The notes: a model not told the origin generated them from the sequence alone. 63,591 nucleotides of DNA, filler included, from Collodictyon triciliatum (GCA_043381765.1; 29 parts of 29 records of this genome joined end to end with filler, not necessarily neighbours in it); one strand, 5' to 3'; positions 12,425 to 26,863 are shown, numbered from the whole stretch's first letter. Made by a program: numbers and translations.

Positions 12425-12670
12425 ATGATGGGCAATAACTTCCGGGGTTTATCTGGAGGCCATCTTGGGGTGCAGTTTAACGGAAAGCTATTTCCAAACG
12501 CCAACTTATCACGCCATAGCAGCTCAGCCATGGCGAATCAGGCCTTGCGGCATATCTCACCCAAGAGAACTCTGCACCCGAGACATATCTCTGATGGTGT
12601 ACCCGGTTGCCTGGCGGGCGGTTTGTCTGTCCCTTCCCTTTGGACGGACAAACAATCCCGGGCATTCAAA
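12425..12670. ncRNA. Candidate structured RNA, family unassigned
   Basis: GC-rich island with nested stems: GGGTGCAG/CTGCACCC, GGAAA/TTTCC, CGCCAT/ATGGCG, GTTTGTCTGTCC/GGACGGACAAAC, CCCGG/CCGGG. Confidence 0.4.
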
Positions 12671-13322
12671 AGTTCAAAATTTTAAAAGTAAAGCGTTGGC
12701 CATGAATTTCGTTTTTTTTTTTTGTTTTTATTTTGTTTGATATTGTTATTGGCGATTGCGTTGTTGGTTTATACTATGTTTGTTAGTAGTCATTTTTAAA
12801 ATACTGAAAATGACGAAGAAAAATAAAACGAAAAAATAAAGAAAAATAAAACGAAAAAGATTAAATTTATTCAAAAATATTGAAGCATATGAAATGTAAA
12901 AAAATATTATATCAAAATATTGAGAATAGAAATGTAGAAGAGCAGGAGAAGCTGAGGTGTGCCTTGGTTTTCTTTCTCAGATCGGCATGGTCTGGCAGTA
13001 AGGAAGGAAGCAAGTCAAGGGGATTGAAAAAAAAAACTAGAAGGAAAACTGAATCACTTTCTATGGTTTCGAGATTTTTTTTTTTTACTTATACATACGA
13101 CACGACATAGACTATGGAGCATCGATAAGTGTTATGGCGATTGTTCAGGCCCGAGGATGCAGGAGCTGTAACAGATGTTATAACCTGTGCACAACACACA
13201 CACACACACACACACACACACANNNNNNNNNNNNNNNNNNNNNNNNNNNNNNNNNNNNNNNNNNNNTTAATTAATTAANNNNNNNNNNNNNNNNNNNNNN
13301 NNNNNNNNNNNNNNNNNNNNNN

Positions 13323-13612
13323 TGCTGAATCACGCTCGCATTCTTCGCTACTCTGACCGCAAGCGAAGAGAGATGTGGGAATGTGTCGTAAGATATCTCC
13401 CACAGCATATCCAACCCCTGCTACCTACGCAACCAATCAACTAGTTGGGTCGCCCACCTGGCCAACTCGCTATCACTGATTTCTTTCGAGTGCTACCCTC
13501 TCCACAGTAGTGTCTTCTCTTACTCGCGTTTGCTCTCTCCCATGCGCAACTATCTCACCCCTTTGTATGGCATAACCTCTCTACACTTTGAATCGAATAA
13601 AGGGGAAAAAAA
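13323..13612 (+). mobile_element. 3' end of a repeated non-LTR retroelement (ORF C-terminus, 3'UTR, AATAAA)
   Basis: Highly similar copy in reverse orientation at 39566-39805; ends CTTTGAATCGAATAAAGGGGAAAAAAA. Confidence 0.7.
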
Positions 13613-13819
13613 CTTCTTTTGCTGCATGCAACTCAATCTACTTCATGGGAGAGCTATATAAAAAACCTGCATAGAACAAGCGAATGATTCGGGCCTAATT
13701 ACCCACACCCTATCCAAGTATTTACCCGGGTGTTACTGAGCTACTTGTGTGGCTTTTGTTTTTTTCTATAAATCATTTAACCTTCCCTCATTTCCATTCA
13801 CAAACAACCCGGTAGAAGT

Positions 13820-14480
13820 CATGACCATTCTTGAACATCTGAGCCAAAATGACTTGAACACAATATTTCGAGAAATTAAGATGATTTAATTCGAAGAGGG
13901 AAAAAAATAAACAAACGACCATAAACATCGAAATCTGTTTGCAAATAGGGAGGAATATAGAATGTTTAGATTCGCAGAGACGTCCAAAAACATCAATGCT
14001 TCCAGAACAGTTTTGTGGGCTTTCTAATGAATAGCCTTTAATGTAACCCCACTCGCCGATAAAAATCTATGTTTGGCCTCATTGAGGGCTTTTGGATGAG
14101 AATCCCTTATTTGATGAGAGCTTCATGGGCCAGAAAATCTCCAGTAGCGAGGATGCATGAGGAAAAAGACGAAAATCCATCCCGGGTAATATTTTCATGG
14201 AACCATACAAAAAGGACAATCCCTCATGTAAATTGGCAACTGGCTCGAATGGTGGATCAACCGATCAAGCCAATAGATTAAAGCTTTGTGGGCTCTTCCA
14301 AAAAAATCATAGGAGTTCTAGTATGTCCCATGGCAGAGGCATGCCCATACAGCTGGACAGACACACTGATACTTACGAAAGCTCGCTTAATTGCCACAGG
14401 ATTGATAATCGCTGAAAGAATATTGTTAAAAAAAATATCGATCATACCTCAACCCGGACCTGAGAAGAAGTACATAAGAT
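13820..14480 (+). pseudogene. Highly decayed intronless ORF, possibly a DNA-transposase remnant
   Basis: Stop-riddled frame containing IGNWLEWWIN..IKALWALPKK..YVP; only a loose resemblance to MULE-like transposases. Confidence 0.25.
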
Positions 14481-15320
14481 AGCACAGATAAAATGACATC
14501 AAACTTACAATCTACCTCGAGAATCGTCACCACCAACCAACTCAATAACCCATCACATGAATACAAGGGGGATTTTTGTTCCCCTTTCGCTATTCAACCG
14601 GTGCTTTTGTCAACTGCAGCTGCAAAACAAAACGTTTGTCCACCAGCCCCACTTATCTATGGGCAACCACCCCCTCCGCAACTCATCGTGCGATTTACCT
14701 CTGTTTGTAACACTGATTTAAGTGAGAAGGCCTTGCGTGCTGAAGGCAATATGAAAACGTATTCTGTGACCATGGATTCCGACCTTTTCAACGTAATTTT
14801 GATATTCGAATTATATGAGAAACATCTATTCTATTCGTTAGGAGACGGTTAATCATCCATTTTTTGAAGATTAGGTCAATGATGAAGAAAAAGTATCATG
14901 TCTGGGTCGCTAATCAATCTTTCTCTTGCTACAGAATATTCGTCTAATCATAGATAGAGATTACCTTGAGTTCGAGATGTCTGGGGATGATGACTGCGAA
15001 TGATATTAATCACTTGAAAGAACAAACCCTCAAACCAAGATAATTTTGCTGTTTGATTCTTTCTCTTGACTTTTCAACAACAACAACAACAACAACAAAA
15101 AAAAAAATTATAAGGAAGATATAACCTCTTTTTCATCAGAATACTTTGAAATCCTTTCTTTTTATACAGCTCACGCAGCTCTAATCATCCTATTATGCAA
15201 CCTTAATTTGCTTCAATAAATTCCTGCTCGTATTTCGAATTCCATTTTATTGGGCCTTGTGGCTCTTCGATAAAAAAATGAGGATGTAAATATGAAAGGA
15301 AGACACTTTTTTCTATGGTT

Positions 15321-15439
<119 letters not shown>

Positions 15440-15540
15440 NNNNNNNNNNNNNNNNNNNNNNNNNNNNNNNNNNNNNNNNNNNNTTAATTAATTAANNNNN
15501 NNNNNNNNNNNNNNNNNNNNNNNNNNNNNNNNNNNNNNNT

Positions 15541-17655
15541 CCTAGTGAAACAATAAGTCACTTATCAAGCCACTTATCAAGCCAAGTCCCAAGCCAAATC
15601 CCAAGTGCATTACCAAGTCAAGTCCCAAGCGAGATACCAACTCAAGTACCAAGTGAAGTACCAAGTGAATTACCAAGTGAATTACCAAGTGAAGTACCAA
15701 GTCAAGTACCAAGTGAAGTGCCAAGTCAAGTACTGAGCGAAATACCAAGTCAAGTACCAAGTGAAGTACCAAGCCAAATCCCAAGTGCATTACCAAGTCA
15801 AGTCCCAAGCGAGATACCAACTCAAGTGCCGAGTGAAGTACCAAGTGAAGTACCAAGTCAAGTACCAAGTGAAGTGCCGAGTGAAGTTCCAAGTCAAGTA
15901 CCAAGTCAAGTACCAAGTGAAGTACCAAGTGAAGTGCCGAGTGAAGTGCCAAGTCAAGTACCGAGCGAAATACCAAGTGAAGTACCAAGTGAAATATCAA
16001 GTCAAGTACCGAGTGAAGTTCCAAGTCAAGAACCGAGTGAAGTTCCAACTCAAGTACCAAGTGAAGTACCAAGTGAAATCCCAAGTGCATTACCAAGTCA
16101 AGTCCCAAGCGAGATACCAACTCAAGTGCCGAGTGAAGTGCCAAGTGAAGTGCCAAGTGAAGTGCCAAGTGAAGTGCCAAGTGAAGTACCAAGTGAAGTA
16201 CCAAGTGAAATACCTAGTAATATACCAAGTGAAATTCCAAGTGAAATACCAAGTGAATTACCTAGTGAAATACCAAGTGAAGTATCAAGTGAAATATCAA
16301 GTCAAGTACCGAGTGAAGTTCCAAGTCAAGTACCAAGTGAAGTACCAAGTGAAGTACCAAGTGAAGTACCAAGTGAAGTACCAAGTGAAGTACCAAGTGA
16401 AGTACCAAGTGAAGTACCAAGTGAAGTACCAAGTGAAGTGCCGAGTGAAGTGCCAAGTCAAGTACTGAGCGAAATACCAAGTGAAGTACCAAGTGAAGTA
16501 CCAAGTCAAGTACCAAGTCAAGTACCAAGTCAAGTACCAAGTCAAGTACCAAGTCAAGTACCAAGTCAAGTACCAAGTCAAGTACCAAGTCAAGTACCAA
16601 GTCAAGTACCAAGTCAAGAACCGAGTCAAGTACCAAGTCAAGAACCGAGTCAAGTACCAAGTGAAATATCTAGTGAAGTACCAAGTGAAGTGCCGAGTGA
16701 AGTGCCAAGTCAAGTACTGAGCGAAATACCAAGCCAAGTACCAAGTGCATTACCAAGTGAAGTGCCAAGTGAAGTGCCAAGTGAAGTGCCAAGTGAATTA
16801 CCAAGTCAAGTACCGAGTGAATTAACAAGTGAAGTACCAAGTGAAGTGCCAAGTGAAGTGCCAAGTGAAGTGCCAAGTGAAGTGCCAAGTGAAGTGCCAA
16901 GTGAAGTACCAAGTGAAGTACCAAGTGAAGTACCAAGTGAAGTACCAAGTGAAGTACCAAGTGAAGTACCAAGTGAAGTGCCAAGTGAAGTATCAAGTGA
17001 AGTATTAAGTGAGGTGTCAAGTGAGGTGCCAAGTGGAATACCTAGTGAAGTGCCAAGTGAAGTGCCAAGTGAAGTGCCAAGTGAAGTGCCAAGTGAAGTG
17101 CCAAGTGAAGTGCCTAGTGAAGTGCCAAGTGAAGACCCAAGTGAAGTGCCAAGTAAACTACCAAGTGAAATACCAAGTGGAATACCAAGTCAAGTACCGA
17201 GTGAAGTACCAAGTAATATATCAAGTGAAGTACCAAGTGAAGTGCCAAGTGAAGTGCCAAGTGAAGTGCCAAGTGAAGTGCTAAGTGAAGTGCCAAGTGA
17301 AGTGCCAAGTGAAGTGCCAAGTGGGGTGCCAAGCCAACTTCCCAGCCAACTTCCCAGCCAACTTCCCAGCCAACTTCCCAGCCAACTTCCCAGCCAACTT
17401 CCCAGCCAACTTCCCAGCCAACCCACCTCCCAGATTCAATCTCAATCTGAGACTGAATCTCAAGCTCCATCTCAATCTCAATCCCAATCCCAATCCCAAT
17501 CCCAATCCCAATCCCAATCCCAATCCCAATCCCAATCCCAATCCCAATCCCAATCTCAGTCTCAATCTCAATCTCAGTCTCAGTCTCAGTCTCAATCCCA
17601 ATCCCAATCTCAATCTCAATCCCAATCTCAATCTCAATCCCAATCCCAATCTCAA
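15541..17655 (+). CDS. Mucin-like Pro/Ser-rich repeat protein, (PSEV/PSQV)n-(PSQL)n-(SQ)n, open at both ends
   Basis: Uninterrupted frame across the whole contig; 12-nt unit CCAAGTGAAGTA with frame-preserving variation. Confidence 0.85.
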
Positions 17656-17755
17656 NNNNNNNNNNNNNNNNNNNNNNNNNNNNNNNNNNNNNNNNNNNNT
17701 TAATTAATTAANNNNNNNNNNNNNNNNNNNNNNNNNNNNNNNNNNNNNNNNNNNN

Positions 17756-17871
<116 letters not shown>

Positions 17872-19971
17872 TTTTTATTTTTTTGTTTTTATTTTTTTGT
17901 TTTTATTTTTTTGTTTTTATTTTTTGTTTTTATTAATGTTTTTTGTATTATGTACCAACTAAAAAATAAATCGTTATTATGAAAAGTTCTCTCTTTTAGA
18001 TTTGTCGCTATCGACATTAAGCGTGAGCCCTTCATTGAGAGGAACATTATGTGATACGCAACCCACCATCATCATGATGTTCATTCGGCTGTTTGTCTAG
18101 AGATAGCTGGTCTTTCGTCTGGTTCTGGCTCTGGCTTTTGCCAGAGATACCAGCTTTCTGGAGTGGAGGGGCTTCGTTTGGAAGGAGATTGTGGTGCTCC
18201 TCACTCTGATCCACAGAAACTTGGACAGTTGTCCATTCGGCATTTGCGGTCGTCTTCTGTCCCTCCATTCGACTCTGCAATCGATTACCGGAAGCCTTGT
18301 TCAATAGTTTTCAGAAAAAAAAAATATTATAAAATTATAATAGCAATCGTAGTTGCGGTGGTATAATCAATCAATGAATTCAAGAAAATGGAAGATGAAA
18401 ATAAGAGGGGAGGGAAAACAGGTTCAAAGAAAAATAAATAGAGACAATGGCGAAGGAAGCAGCGGAGGAAAGAATCGGCCCAGACGTTCTTGGTTTATGA
18501 GGCAGGGTTCGTGTGTGTGCATACTTTATTGTGACGCAGCATGAATCCCCCCCTGCGCTTTCTTGGCTCTGGCGATCGTTTTGCTTTTGGACGCAGGGTT
18601 ATGGATCTGATTCAACTGTGTGTCACTGATTAAGGTCAATGCTGCGCATCAGGCAAATAATACACAACAAAATAAATGTATCAAGTATAAAATTATTTCA
18701 TACCCAGTAAATTACGTCTCTATATCGTAATTACTGTTAAATATCATATATTCCAAATATGGGATAAATATGAAATTCTGGAACTGGAGCGGATTCTTTG
18801 AGATGCATGCCCTTTTACGGACATTTAACGGTGGTGCACCACAGACAAAATTTGCTTTGTGGGTTAATTGCATAGATTTGTGGTGTTATATATATATTAT
18901 TTTTTAAATTAAAGAACAGCCGAGATATGGGATTCGCCCGAAGCCATTTTTTTTTTTTCATTTTCGAAACAAAAATGCTGCAGAAAAGAAAAGCCAGGCA
19001 AAGAACCACCAAAGGAAAAACAAACGCAGAAAAAATACAAAAGAGGGATAATTCATGTGATGCTCGATAAACAAGTGCTAATATGGGCATTCTTCCCCTC
19101 GCTCTGCTGAACGTCCGCATTTGTCTGCTTTTCTTGTCCGCGATCAAAGCGAAGGAGGCGCGTTGCGGGCGGCTGATGTGATGATCAACATAACGTGTGT
19201 CCCGAGCCTGAAAGCATCAAAGCGTGATGGTTTACATATGCGTGTGTTTGTGTGGCTGCGGATGTGTGTTTGATCATCACAGACAACGCAGGCGCAACAA
19301 AGTTTGCAGACGCGACTCCACAATCGAACGGGAAGCAAAACAGGTTTTGCGAAAAAGAAGAGTATCCCAGGGCAAAGAAATGCTGTGCTCAACCGCATCT
19401 GTTCTGGCTCATCAAGTTGGGTTTGGTTGTGGAGCAAGGGATTCATCCTTGCCTTCTTTGTTGTCTCTGTCTCTCTTGTTGCGCCTGCTCCTTTAGCCTC
19501 GTAGGCTCGCCTCCTCCTGGGCGGCATCATTCTATATCGTATCATATCACATCACATACAAAGATATCATTCGCACCCGCATTTCTGTTTACCAAAGCAG
19601 AGACAAACGCAGAGTTCAAAGACATCTATCTCTCGGGCGGATATGTCCGCTCTCGTTGCTTCTGTCACTCGACTCGCTCTTTTTCTCTCTCTTCTTCTTC
19701 TCTTTCTCCCTGCGCGTCCGTAATCAGTTTGTTTCATATGACTATTTATATATCGCAACATTTACCTTCACATATGAGCAAAAAAACAAAAAAATAAAAA
19801 CAAAAACAAAACAAAAAACAAAAAAACAAAAAAACAAAAAAACAAAAAAACAAAAAAACAAAAAAACAAAANNNNNNNNNNNNNNNNNNNNNNNNNNNNN
19901 NNNNNNNNNNNNNNNTTAATTAATTAANNNNNNNNNNNNNNNNNNNNNNNNNNNNNNNNNNNNNNNNNNNN

Positions 19972-22086
19972 CAAACTGGCTCATTTGATGAATCATCATG
20001 TACTTCATGTCCAAATGGAAGTTACAGCCCAGAGAGAAGCGCATCATGCAGTTTGTGTTCATCAGGATTCTATCAAAATGAAGATATCAAAAAAGACTCA
20101 AAATCGTGTCATTCATGTCCAAAAGGCACATTCAACTCATACTCCGGCTCATATGGAAACACATCATGTATCGAATGTCCACAAGGCACTTGGAATGATA
20201 GAGATGGTCAAGCATCATGCACATCATGTCCAGCTGGTACATTCAACAATCAAACTAGCTCAACCAACCAATCATCATGCATTTCATGTCCAAAGGGAAG
20301 CTACAGCTCAGAAAGAAGCTCATCATGCAGTTTATGCTCATCAGGATTCTATCAAAAAGAAGATATCACAAAAGACTCTAAATCATGCTACGCTTGCCCA
20401 AAAGGTACATTCAACTCAAAATCCGGCTCATATGGAAACAAACCATGTATTGAATGTCCACAAGGTACTTGGAATGATAGAGATGGTCAAGCATCATGCA
20501 CATCATGTCCAGCTGGGACATTCAACAATCAAACTGGCTCAGCCAACCAATCATCATGCATTTCATGTTCAAACGGAAGCTACAGCTCAGAAAGAAGCTC
20601 ATCATGCAGTTTATGCTCATCAGGATTCTATCAAAATGAAGATATCACAAAAGACTCTAAATCATGCTATGCTTGTCCAAAAGGCACATTCAACTCAAAA
20701 TCCGGCTCATATGGAAATGCATCATGTATCGAATGTCCACAAAGTACTTGGAATGATAGAGATGGTCAAGCATCATGCACATCATGTCCAGCCGGTACAT
20801 TCAATAACAAAACTGGCTCATTGAATCAATCATCATGTATTTCATGTCCAAACGGAAGCTACAGCTCAGAAAGAAGCTCATCATGCAGTTTATGCTCATC
20901 AGGATTCTATCAAAAAGAAGTAATCATAAAAGACTCGGAATCATGCTATGCTTGTCCAAAAGGCACATTCAACTCAAAATCCGGCTCATATGGAAACAAA
21001 TCTTGTATTGAATGTCCACAAGGCACTTGGAATGATAGAGATGGTCAGGCATCATGCACATCATGTCCAGCGGGTACATTCAACAACAAAACTGGCTCGT
21101 TCAATCAATCATCATGCATTTCATGTCCAAATGGAAGCTACAGCTCAGAAAGAAGCTCTTCGTGCAATTCATGCTCATCAGGATTCTATCAAAAAGAAGT
21201 AATCATAAAAGACTCACAATCATGCTATGCTTGTCCAAAAGGCACATTCAACTCAAATTTCGGCTTATATGGAGACAAATCATGTATTGAATGTCCACAA
21301 GGTACTTGGAATGATAGAGATGGTCAAGCATCATGCACATCATGTCCAGCTGGTACATTCAATAATAAAACTGGCTCATTTAATCAATTTTCATGCATTT
21401 CATGTCCAAATGGAGGCTACAGCTCCGAAAGAAGCTCATCATGCTTTTCATGCCCACCAGGATTCTATCAAAAAGAAGGAATTATAAAAGACTCAAAATC
21501 ATGTTCTCCTTGTCCAAAAGGCACATTCAACTCAAACTCCGGCTCATATGGAAATGCATCATGTATTGAATGTCCACAAGGTACTTGGAATGATAGAGAT
21601 GGTCAAGCATCATGCACATCATGTCCAGTCGGTAAATTCAACAATAGAACTGGTTCATCCAATCAATCATCATGCATCTCATGTTCAAATGGAAGCTACA
21701 GCTCAGTCGGAAGCTCATCATGCTTTTCATGCTCACCAGGATTCTATCAAAAAGAGGGAATAGCAAAAGACTCGGAATCATGCTATGCTTGTCCAAAAGG
21801 CACATTCAACTCAAAATCCGGCTTATATGGCAATAAATCATGCATTGAATGTCCACAAGGTACATGGAATGATAAAGATGGCCAAGCATCATGCACATCA
21901 TGTCCAGCGGGTACATTCAACAATCAAACTGGCTCATTCAATCAATCATCATGCATTACATGTCCAAATGGAAGCTACAGCTCCGAAAGAAGCTCATCAT
22001 GCAACTCATGTCCTACACGCTCAACAACAACCAAAAAAGGGTCTATATCAATCGATGAGTGCAAATGCAAAGATTCTTATGTGTCT
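19972..22086 (+). CDS. Cys-rich GCC2/GCC3 (Ephrin_rec_like) repeat surface protein, partial
   Basis: CPxGT(F/W)N...SCxxC repeats arranged as about 7.5 tandem 279-nt (93-aa) units; open frame throughout. Confidence 0.92.
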
Positions 22087-22442
22087 NNNNNNNNNNNNNN
22101 NNNNNNNNNNNNNNNNNNNNNNNNNNNNNNTTAATTAATTAANNNNNNNNNNNNNNNNNNNNNNNNNNNNNNNNNNNNNNNNNNNNAAAGAAAAAGAAAA
22201 AGAAAAAGAAAAAGAAAAAGAAAAAGAAAAAGAAAAAAGAAAAAGAAAAAGAAAAAGAAAAAGAAAAAGAAAAAGAAAAAGAAAAAAGAAAAAAAAGAAT
22301 AACAGCAATCAAATAACATACCATTTTTGTCCCTTTATTAGAAGCAAAATAACACAAAATTAACTAAAATTTATTCTTCAGAACCCAAAATTATAATGTT
22401 TTGTGTTCTTTTTTCTCCGATGAAATCAAAAAATCATCGCTA

Positions 22443-24023
22443 TTATTTCTCATCGAATCCATCTTCATCTTCGTCGGCAAAGTCTCTGGCGTTGGGTGGC
22501 CTTTATATAAATATAAATATTTTGATAACAGCGGAAAGAGTGACGTGTGAACTATAACGAATGCGTGCTGGAAAAAACTGAAGGTTACCTGATGGATTTT
22601 GTTTTCTTTGGTGATTGTGGTCCCTGGGAGGTGCCTGTGGAGAGCCTTATTTTTTAATTTTAAATTAATTTATAGATGATAAAAATTTCTATCACATTTT
22701 AGTTCAAGGTCTTGATGTACTTTGCAGGGAGTCTATCATATGGAGGGTTTATCATTCAATAACATAATATTCGACGCATACCTTTTATTTGAGATTTTTT
22801 CTGCTCTCCAATCATCATCACTGTCATCAAGAGCAGAACTAGGAAAGTAATTTTTATAAAATAATAATAGCTTATATCCTACTGGCGATGTTAATTAAAA
22901 AAATAATAACCAAGACAAAATAAAGGCCAGCGAAAAAAATAAATACCTGCGATAAATGCTTGGGGGAGGAAAAGTACGGTCTTCAAAGTCGTCTCCATCA
23001 AAATCTGTATTCAAGGGGTCGGCATCTATAGTTCTAGTCACAAATAAATATGGTTGCATGACATCACGTATATCACATAATCAGGACAACAGCTTAATGA
23101 ACCGAAGTTACGTAAAGTCACATAGATATGAAATCCGTGAAAAATGGGATTGAAAATGTCACACCTTTTCCCGGTTTTGCTGTGCCCTCCTCCGTATTTG
23201 CCAGGACCTTCATGAAAAGCATGTGCCAATTTTAACCTTCCAAATGAGCACATGAAATAAACAAAGACTATTAAAGCTGGAAAAGACCTAATTTCTTCGG
23301 CTCTGGTTTCTCTCGAGGTCCAAGAAGATTCTTTGGGCATGAGTCTGCAAGTGATTTTTTTCCTTAATTTTAATAAAAATATGGAAGTACGTAATGTACG
23401 GCTAATGTTACATGCTCATGCTTTATAGTGAAAAAAAAATAGGATATGTACAGGACTTGTGACCAGATTCCTAATTTTCGAATTTAGGTTTAATTAGCAA
23501 AGATATTTTCTTTCCTTTATTTGATTCAAAATGCAACAAGGTTATGGCATACAAGGGGAAAATAGGTACGCAATTAGCTATGATATTTAATTCACCAGTT
23601 TCCCCCCTTCACCAACATAAAGAAATTATAAAATCCTACCCGACATTCGAAGCAGAAGAGTCCACTGTCATATCTCTTCTTTTTGATAAACTCGGCTGCT
23701 CTTCCATTATCCACAGCAAGACTGCACTAGGAGGATACATGTATATTTTTAACAAATACTTCCTTTTTTTTTAAATTTTTTTCCTTTATTCGATTAAGGG
23801 GATTTTTATAAATAAAATTGCAAAAAGGGACTTCGATAAGGTGATTATATACATACATCTAACCATTCCAAATTATCATAAAAAAGTTACTTTCAGTGTT
23901 CGCCCCATAAAATCGATCAAGTTTAGGGCATTAACGCACGTCTGTGCCTCTTCGGGTCTGGAAAACTGAATGAAGACAACACCCTTGCTCTTGTGCGTCT
24001 CCTTGTCTTTCACTATTGTTACC
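22443..24023 (-). CDS. ZCRB1: ZCRB1 (U11/U12 snRNP 31K; RRM plus CCHC knuckle), 5'-partial, multi-exon
   Basis: Spliced peptide RVTIVKDKETHKSKGVVFIQF..MGRTLK|CSLAVDNGRAAEFIKKKRY..CFECR|ESGHKS|YSCPKNLLGPREKP matches ZCRB1. Confidence 0.9.
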
Positions 24024-24401
24024 CTATGAAAAAAAGCAAAAAGCAAAAAGCAAAAAGCAAAAAGCAAAAAGCAAAAAGCAAAAAGCAAAAAGCAAAAAAA
24101 CAAAAACAATAATAACATGAAAAGAAAAAGAAAAAGAAAAAGAAAAAGAAAAAGAAAAAGAAAAAGAAAAAGAAAAAGAAAAAGAAAAAGAAAAAGAAAA
24201 AGAAAAAGAAAAAGAAAAGGAAGAAGGAAAATTGAAATAAATCATTTGCTAAAGTTCTTATTTTTTTGGATTATTTTCATCAAATATGCAAATATTTTGA
24301 GNNNNNNNNNNNNNNNNNNNNNNNNNNNNNNNNNNNNNNNNNNNNTTAATTAATTAANNNNNNNNNNNNNNNNNNNNNNNNNNNNNNNNNNNNNNNNNNN
24401 N

Positions 24402-24490
<89 letters not shown>

Positions 24491-24652
24491 AAAAAAAACA
24501 AAAAAACAAAAAAAAGGCTTTGATAAGTGCTGCACAGAGAAAAGTGAAAGCCTGAAGTTTTTACTGTCTTCAAATACCATCTTTCGTTTCACTTAGGGCG
24601 GCTACTTATTCGCTTTCATATTATACAAATACATATATTCTCATTAGAGCGT

Positions 24653-26368
24653 ATGTCGCAGGAAGAGACGACAGAGGAAAAAAGGGTTTCTTCTCACACT
24701 TGGTCGAATCCAGAGCAGATGCCCTTGCGTAAGTCTCCCTATCTTCCTGGTCTATTGACTTTTCCTCTTTCTGTTTGGACAAGTGACCTTCTTTGTATTA
24801 TACCATTTTTTTCAACCCCTTGAAAAAAAAAAAAGGAAGAAAATCTACTGTTATGGTTTTATTGTCCCACTGGGCTTTTTGAATCGTTAAATGCAAGGGC
24901 AAAGATAGCATTCGTTGCTTCTTTCTCTTTTTTTGATCGTGCTTTTTATTTTCTTTTAATTTTAACCACAGTAGCTTGACGTCGAAATACAAATGACTTT
25001 TTCTTTTGCTTATATTCTCCCTGTCATTTTTTAATATTATTCGTTCTTTCAAAAGTTTCATTTTTTGTATGCTTTATGAATCACATTTGATTCCTTTGAT
25101 GTAGAGAAAAACAACATATTTGCGCCTCCTATAAGGACTGTTACAGTTGCCCAGCACACGCCGCAATACCGAACTCATCGAGCCCCGAAGCCTGTGCGTT
25201 TTCTGAATAAATTTATGTTATCTATAAACATTATTCAACACTCAAATAGTAACCTTGTATTCTTGTTAAAATTAGAGTGACTTTTTGTTTATTATTTTCT
25301 CACCCCAATTGCTTTGACATAAAACATAATCATATAGATGGTATTTTCTATTCACGTAATAAATAATTATAATGATAATTTGGGTCATGTTCTTCTTTAT
25401 GTCAACTGTAATATCTATTATCTTTAGCAAAACTTTGATTATGAATCGACTACGGATCCTTTTTTGAAAGAGATTTTCCAAATATTCTTGGGTATGATTG
25501 TGTCGATCATTCATATATGGCTAATCTCATCTGACCGAGCCATTTCCAACTATCCCCAATTTTTTTTTCTTGTAGGAAAATGGATATCTGTTCAGCTTTG
25601 TTTTCCTCGGTATGTACAAATGCCCCTATTGGAAAGTCCGCTCATGGGAAACACTTTTGATAATCTGGAGGACGAAGGTTTGTACAATATCATGTAAATA
25701 TTTGCTCTCTCTCGCTGAAATGTGATTTACGAACTATGAAATTATAATGTTAGCACCAAAATATCATGTGCGGATGTAAACATTTTTCTTCCATTTGACT
25801 GACTTGATGCAACGCTTGTTGGTATTTTAAAAGAAACCACATCTCTCCACCTCACTTTTGTTCTGTTCGCAGCATCCTTTGATCTTGACGAGTCCTTTCT
25901 TAACATGGACACCTCCACATTTCCCCAATTGAACGAGCATCTACATGATAATCTATTTATGATAGGTGATTGAATCTACTTTGAATTCATTTACTGAAAA
26001 AGAAATCTCGACTTTGTGAAATAATCTCTTTAAATGATTGATGGGACCCTCAACTTATCGATTATTATTTCTTTGTTTTTTTTTTTCTTGTGTGCTTATT
26101 TCAGCTGAGCCCTCTTATTCGTCTGATTATGATGCCCCAATGAGGGAAGAGAACATCCTATCACATGATGTCGACTGGATTACCGTCGATTCTCTCGATA
26201 GCTTGATTCGTCAACACATCCTCCCTACAACAGGGTCGTCTGGAAAGCCGATAAACGACACATTCCCCATTTATATTGAAGTCGGCTCGGTGAGCTTTTC
26301 GGGGGCAAGCGGGTTACTTTATGGAAAAATGCATCTATTTGATTCGTCCAAGTATGAAAATGTTTCAG
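24653..26368 (+). CDS. 5' part of a multi-exon gene, possibly a DOCK-family GEF N-terminus
   Basis: GT-AG exons; IYIEVGSVSF..LLYGKMHLFDSSKYENVS loosely resembles the DOCK-C/D EPxFxxxALYD..KISE region. Confidence 0.35.
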
Positions 26369-26462
26369 GTACGCTCTCTGTTCGTCTGTCGTTTTCATGT
26401 CATACATAAACATTTGAATGAATAGATAGAATCATAAGATATGAATTATCATTCCGTTTTAT

Positions 26463-26516
<54 letters not shown>

Positions 26517-26863
26517 NNNNNNNNNNNNNNNNNNNNNNNNNNNNNNNNNNNNNNNNNNNNTTAATTAATTAANNNNNNNNNNNNNNNNNNNNNNNNNNNN
26601 NNNNNNNNNNNNNNNNGCACTTAATCATATATATAGTAAATAACATAAAAAAATTTTAAAGAAAGAGTGAATCACACATACTTACACCTGGTTTATATAC
26701 ATAATAATCATCTTTTCTTTTTTCTTTAAATTGTTTTTAAAGGAATGCCTATGACTGAATGAATAATAGCTGATTTTCAAATTGAAAAAAAATCGTATTT
26801 ATTGGGAAAGATGAGATTTTTGATATATGTTTTGATATTGCATTCTTTCATCTGACATTCTAG

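Noticed and set aside
15542-17707. Alternative-frame and antisense ORFs over the PSEV, GCC and 54-bp repeats
   Set aside because: They are shadows of stop-poor tandem repeats; for PSEV and GCC only one frame stays open throughout.
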